Positions 8,407 through 10,643 of a DNA stretch of 10,643 nucleotides are shown in pieces (position 1 is the stretch's first letter; the number at the start of each line of letters is the position of its first letter). Below the pieces are notes generated by a model that was not told the origin of the DNA, made no database searches, and saw nothing but the letters and a program-made list of their open reading frames with translations. The stretch is from Oligoflexus sp. (GTDB lineage Bacteria > Bdellovibrionota_B > Oligoflexia > Oligoflexales > Oligoflexaceae), in assembly GCA_041736305.1 (NCBI GenBank), contig JBGSTX010000228.1, positions 1 through 10,643 of the forward strand, given 5' to 3'. Position numbers and translations under genes: made by a program.

Positions 8407-8502
8407 AGTCTATGAGGGGGCTCAGCGAACGGCCAACGAAGAAGAATGCAGATCCATATAAGAAAAAAGAATATAGATCCAACCATTTGATTTAATTGGA
8501 TC
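8407..8502 (-). promoter_or_regulatory. Putative sbp promoter with upstream LysR (Cbl/CysB)-type binding region
   Basis: Minus strand TTGGCC-N18-TAGACT (8436-8407). Just upstream, an AT-rich region has a 13/15 direct repeat with 25-bp period (8442-8456, 8467-8481) and the inverted repeat GATCCAA-N13-TTGGATC (8476-8502). Confidence 0.4.
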
Positions 8503-8536
8503 GTTTGAGGCGACGAAGAAGTAGGTTGGACTTGGC

Positions 8537-8914
8537 TTAGTCCTCAAAGCCTTCGGTCTGCTGAAAGTGGACGATTTGCCACTTGTCGTCGACCTTGCGA
8601 ATAATCGCTGTAGTGAAGAGCGTTACGGTATAGTCGACCCCGGCATCATCTTTGCCAGAGTACTCGCACTCGACTACGCCATAGGCCATTTCGCTTGTCT
8701 CTTCAACATGAGCTACCTTGTGCTTCAGGGTCCAATCGTCATCATCAAACCAGTCTTCAAAGAACTCGATAAAATCTTCAGCTTCGTCGATCACAGTACC
8801 ATCGCTGAGAACTACCGCGAGCGGGCCGCTGACTGGCAGAAATTTCTTGATCGAAGCCAGATCTCGCTTTTCGATCGACTTGAAAAAACTGGGGAAAATA
8901 TCCTTGGGATTCAT
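8537..8914 (-). CDS. SnoaL-like / NTF2-fold (DUF4440/YybH-like) small protein
   Basis: 125 aa. N-terminal helix FFKSIEKRDLASIKKFL, beta-rich second half and C-terminal TTAIIRKVDDKWQIVHFQQT typical of the NTF2-like fold. AGGAG SD upstream of the ATG. Confidence 0.8.
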   Translation of the reverse strand: MNPKDIFPSFFKSIEKRDLASIKKFLPVSGPLAVVLSDGTVIDEAEDFIEFFEDWFDDDDWTLKHKVAHVEETSEMAYGVVECEYSGKDDAGVDYTVTLFTTAIIRKVDDKWQIVHFQQTEGFED

Positions 8915-9254
8915 GAGAGCTCCTGCGGTAAATCAGAGACTGCCTCTTTACCTAATTCGAGGCCCTGGCACAAGAGCATCAATGCTTCTGGGATTTAGTG
9001 TCAAATAGGCATAGAATTGAAAAGGTCTCGCTAGAGACTTAGCTAAGACCATAAAAAGTGCATATGACTTGCTATGTTAGCTCAGTCTGATGAAGTTTCT
9101 AGATGTTCCGAGTCTGCCATAGCTGGGAGCTCATCCAGTGCCACTAAGCCTCAAACTCTTGTATGTATTGATTCTCACGGACTAGCTCAGCAGTGCCATA
9201 ACGCGCTTTTGCCGCACTCCCTCTTGATGGATAAGGAAAGCTGGGTCTCGCATA

Positions 9255-9485
9255 TCCGCGAGCGAACATCTGGTGCAGGAAGCCCTCGATAGACTCATGA
9301 GCGGCCGAACAACGGTGGTTATTGCCCACCGTCTATCGACTGTTCGCAGAGCAGAGCGGATAGTGGTTATGCATCAAGGGGCGATTCAGCAAATGGGAAC
9401 TCATGACCAGTTGATGCAGGATCCCGAAGGGCTCTACTGCAAGCTGGTGAGACGGCAGTACTTTCAGGATGCAGACTCAATTTAA
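9255..9485 (+). pseudogene. C-terminal fragment of an ABC exporter (MsbA-like) ATPase domain
   Basis: In frame: [54 protein letters not shown]...GLY (post-D-loop helix and AHRLST H-loop). In-frame TGA at 9225-9227; no Walker A/B, signature or TM domain upstream. Confidence 0.8.
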
Positions 9486-9628
9486 TGAGATTAACATGCA
9501 GTATTTAAAGTAAAAAACAAAAAATACCTCAATAAAATATTTCTCCAGGCGAAATGCTGCAAGAGGCTTTCCGCTTCTAATTGCTTGTTTATCCAAGAGA
9601 GTAAATCTCTTGCAAAGCTTGGAGAATT

Positions 9629-10522
9629 ATGCAAAACCTCGACCAAATCCCCAGGGGATCGCGAGCTAATCGATTGCTTCAGCTATCTATTGCAGTCACG
9701 ATAGCTATAGGAACGATGGTATTGGTAGGCTGGGCCTTCGAGATTCAAGCTTTGAAGTCGGTGCTACCTAATTACATCACGATGAAAGCGAATACCGCTT
9801 CGGGATTTATCTTAGCAGCTCTTGCCATTTGGTCAGCTGCAGGGCAAGGATCGTGGCGAAAATATCTGAGTTTCGCTCTTGCTTGTGGGGTTGGTCTCTT
9901 AGGTGGACTTACTCTATTACAGTACATCTTTAATGTTTCATTCGGCATTGACGAGTTTTTATTTGCCGATCCAGCTGGTATCAAAGGCAAGTTTCCTCCA
10001 GGGCGGCTTGCTCCTATCACAGCCATAAACTTCATGCTTATCAACTTGGCCTTTGCTTCCCTAATGATTCCGCGGAAACCTTTTTACAAGTGTGCTCAGT
10101 TCCTCGTCTTGCTGACATTTGTCAGTGCATTTCAAGCTATAGTTGGTTATGCGAGCGGGATGACCTACTCATTTGGTTCAGCCTATTATACTCAAATGGC
10201 GATCCATACTGCCTTTCTCTTCTGCTTTATAGCTTGCGGCATCTTCAGCCTTTATCCTACCGAGGGCTTCCTGCCTGCCTTTAATTCTAGCAATGCGCAG
10301 GGCAAGGTTACCCGCATTCTGATGGGGGCAGCTGTATTAATTTCACCTGTCTTCAATCTGCTTTACATAAAAGGGCAGCGAGCTGGGCTCTATGATGCCG
10401 ACTTTGGGATGCTTATCCACATCATCGCCAATATTATTATCTTCGGTGGTCTGGTTCTGTGGAGCTCGATGCTGCTTTATCGATCTGAGATTCAAAGACA
10501 GGAGCGGAAAATTTCAGGATAG
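9629..10522 (+). CDS. Integral membrane protein (about 8 TM) resembling the N-terminal sensor module of histidine kinases / GGDEF proteins, with no output domain
   Basis: 297 aa with repeated hydrophobic segments. Motifs GTMVLVGW...LKSVLP...MKANTA, PGRLAPITA, AIVGY, MAIHTA recalled from signalling-protein N-termini. GGAGA SD at 9621-9625. Confidence 0.75.
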   Translation: MQNLDQIPRGSRANRLLQLSIAVTIAIGTMVLVGWAFEIQALKSVLPNYITMKANTASGFILAALAIWSAAGQGSWRKYLSFALACGVGLLGGLTLLQYIFNVSFGIDEFLFADPAGIKGKFPPGRLAPITAINFMLINLAFASLMIPRKPFYKCAQFLVLLTFVSAFQAIVGYASGMTYSFGSAYYTQMAIHTAFLFCFIACGIFSLYPTEGFLPAFNSSNAQGKVTRILMGAAVLISPVFNLLYIKGQRAGLYDADFGMLIHIIANIIIFGGLVLWSSMLLYRSEIQRQERKISG

Positions 10523-10579
10523 CTGTCGCATAGGTGTTAGCTGACTATTCGGTAGTTGTCCTCTCTAGCGGATCGTTCT

Positions 10580-10642
10580 TCATCTTTCAACCAATTTAAT
10601 TTGACCACCATTATTTTCTCCCAATTCCTCGTCTTCTTCGAC
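10580..10642 (-). CDS. Possible 3' end of a gene entering from the right edge (...VEEDEELGENNGGQIKLVER*)
   Basis: Open frame from the window edge to TGA at 10580-10582. A second minus-strand frame is also open to 10537, so the frame is ambiguous. Confidence 0.2.
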   Translation of the reverse strand, partial: VEEDEELGENNGGQIKLVER

Positions 10643-10643
10643 C

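Noticed and set aside
117..8998. Numerous antisense or alternative-frame ORFs (e.g. 117-482, 870-1466, 3341-3796, 4619-5056, 5782-6213, 8567-8998)
   Set aside because: They are shadows of strongly supported genes and have no motifs or independent support.
9074..9292. 72-aa + strand ORF as the frameshifted N-terminal part of the ABC fragment
   Set aside because: No Walker A/B, Q-loop or LSGGQ-like sequence; it looks like non-coding DNA read in frame.
10537..10611. 24-aa minus-strand small ORF (MVVKLNWLKDEERSAREDNYRIVS) with GGAG upstream
   Set aside because: Too short and too close to the window edge to distinguish from the 3' end of an incoming gene or from chance.

Overview
Bacterial chromosomal window. 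It opens inside a perfect 12-bp tandem array (TTTATTGGACAG, at least 8 copies) lying just downstream of purH. It then carries purH (-), a TetR-family regulator (-) and tRNA 2-thiouridylase mnmA (+; real start probably 2900). Converging on mnmA is a tightly coupled sulfate uptake operon, sbp-cysT-cysW-cysA-cbl (-), whose CysA is unusually short and lacks the C-terminal regulatory domain. Further right are an acidic SnoaL/NTF2-like protein (-), a C-terminal remnant of an ABC exporter ATPase (+), and a stand-alone multi-TM protein resembling the membrane sensor module of histidine kinases/diguanylate cyclases, with no output domain (+). No rRNA, tRNA, CRISPR array or transposase is visible. Most genes are known housekeeping or sulfur-assimilation genes, and I cannot support a clearly new system. 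The best leads are the tandem array, the tail-less CysA coupled to cbl, the orphan sensor and the sbp control region. All family calls come from motif recognition by eye, with no database search.
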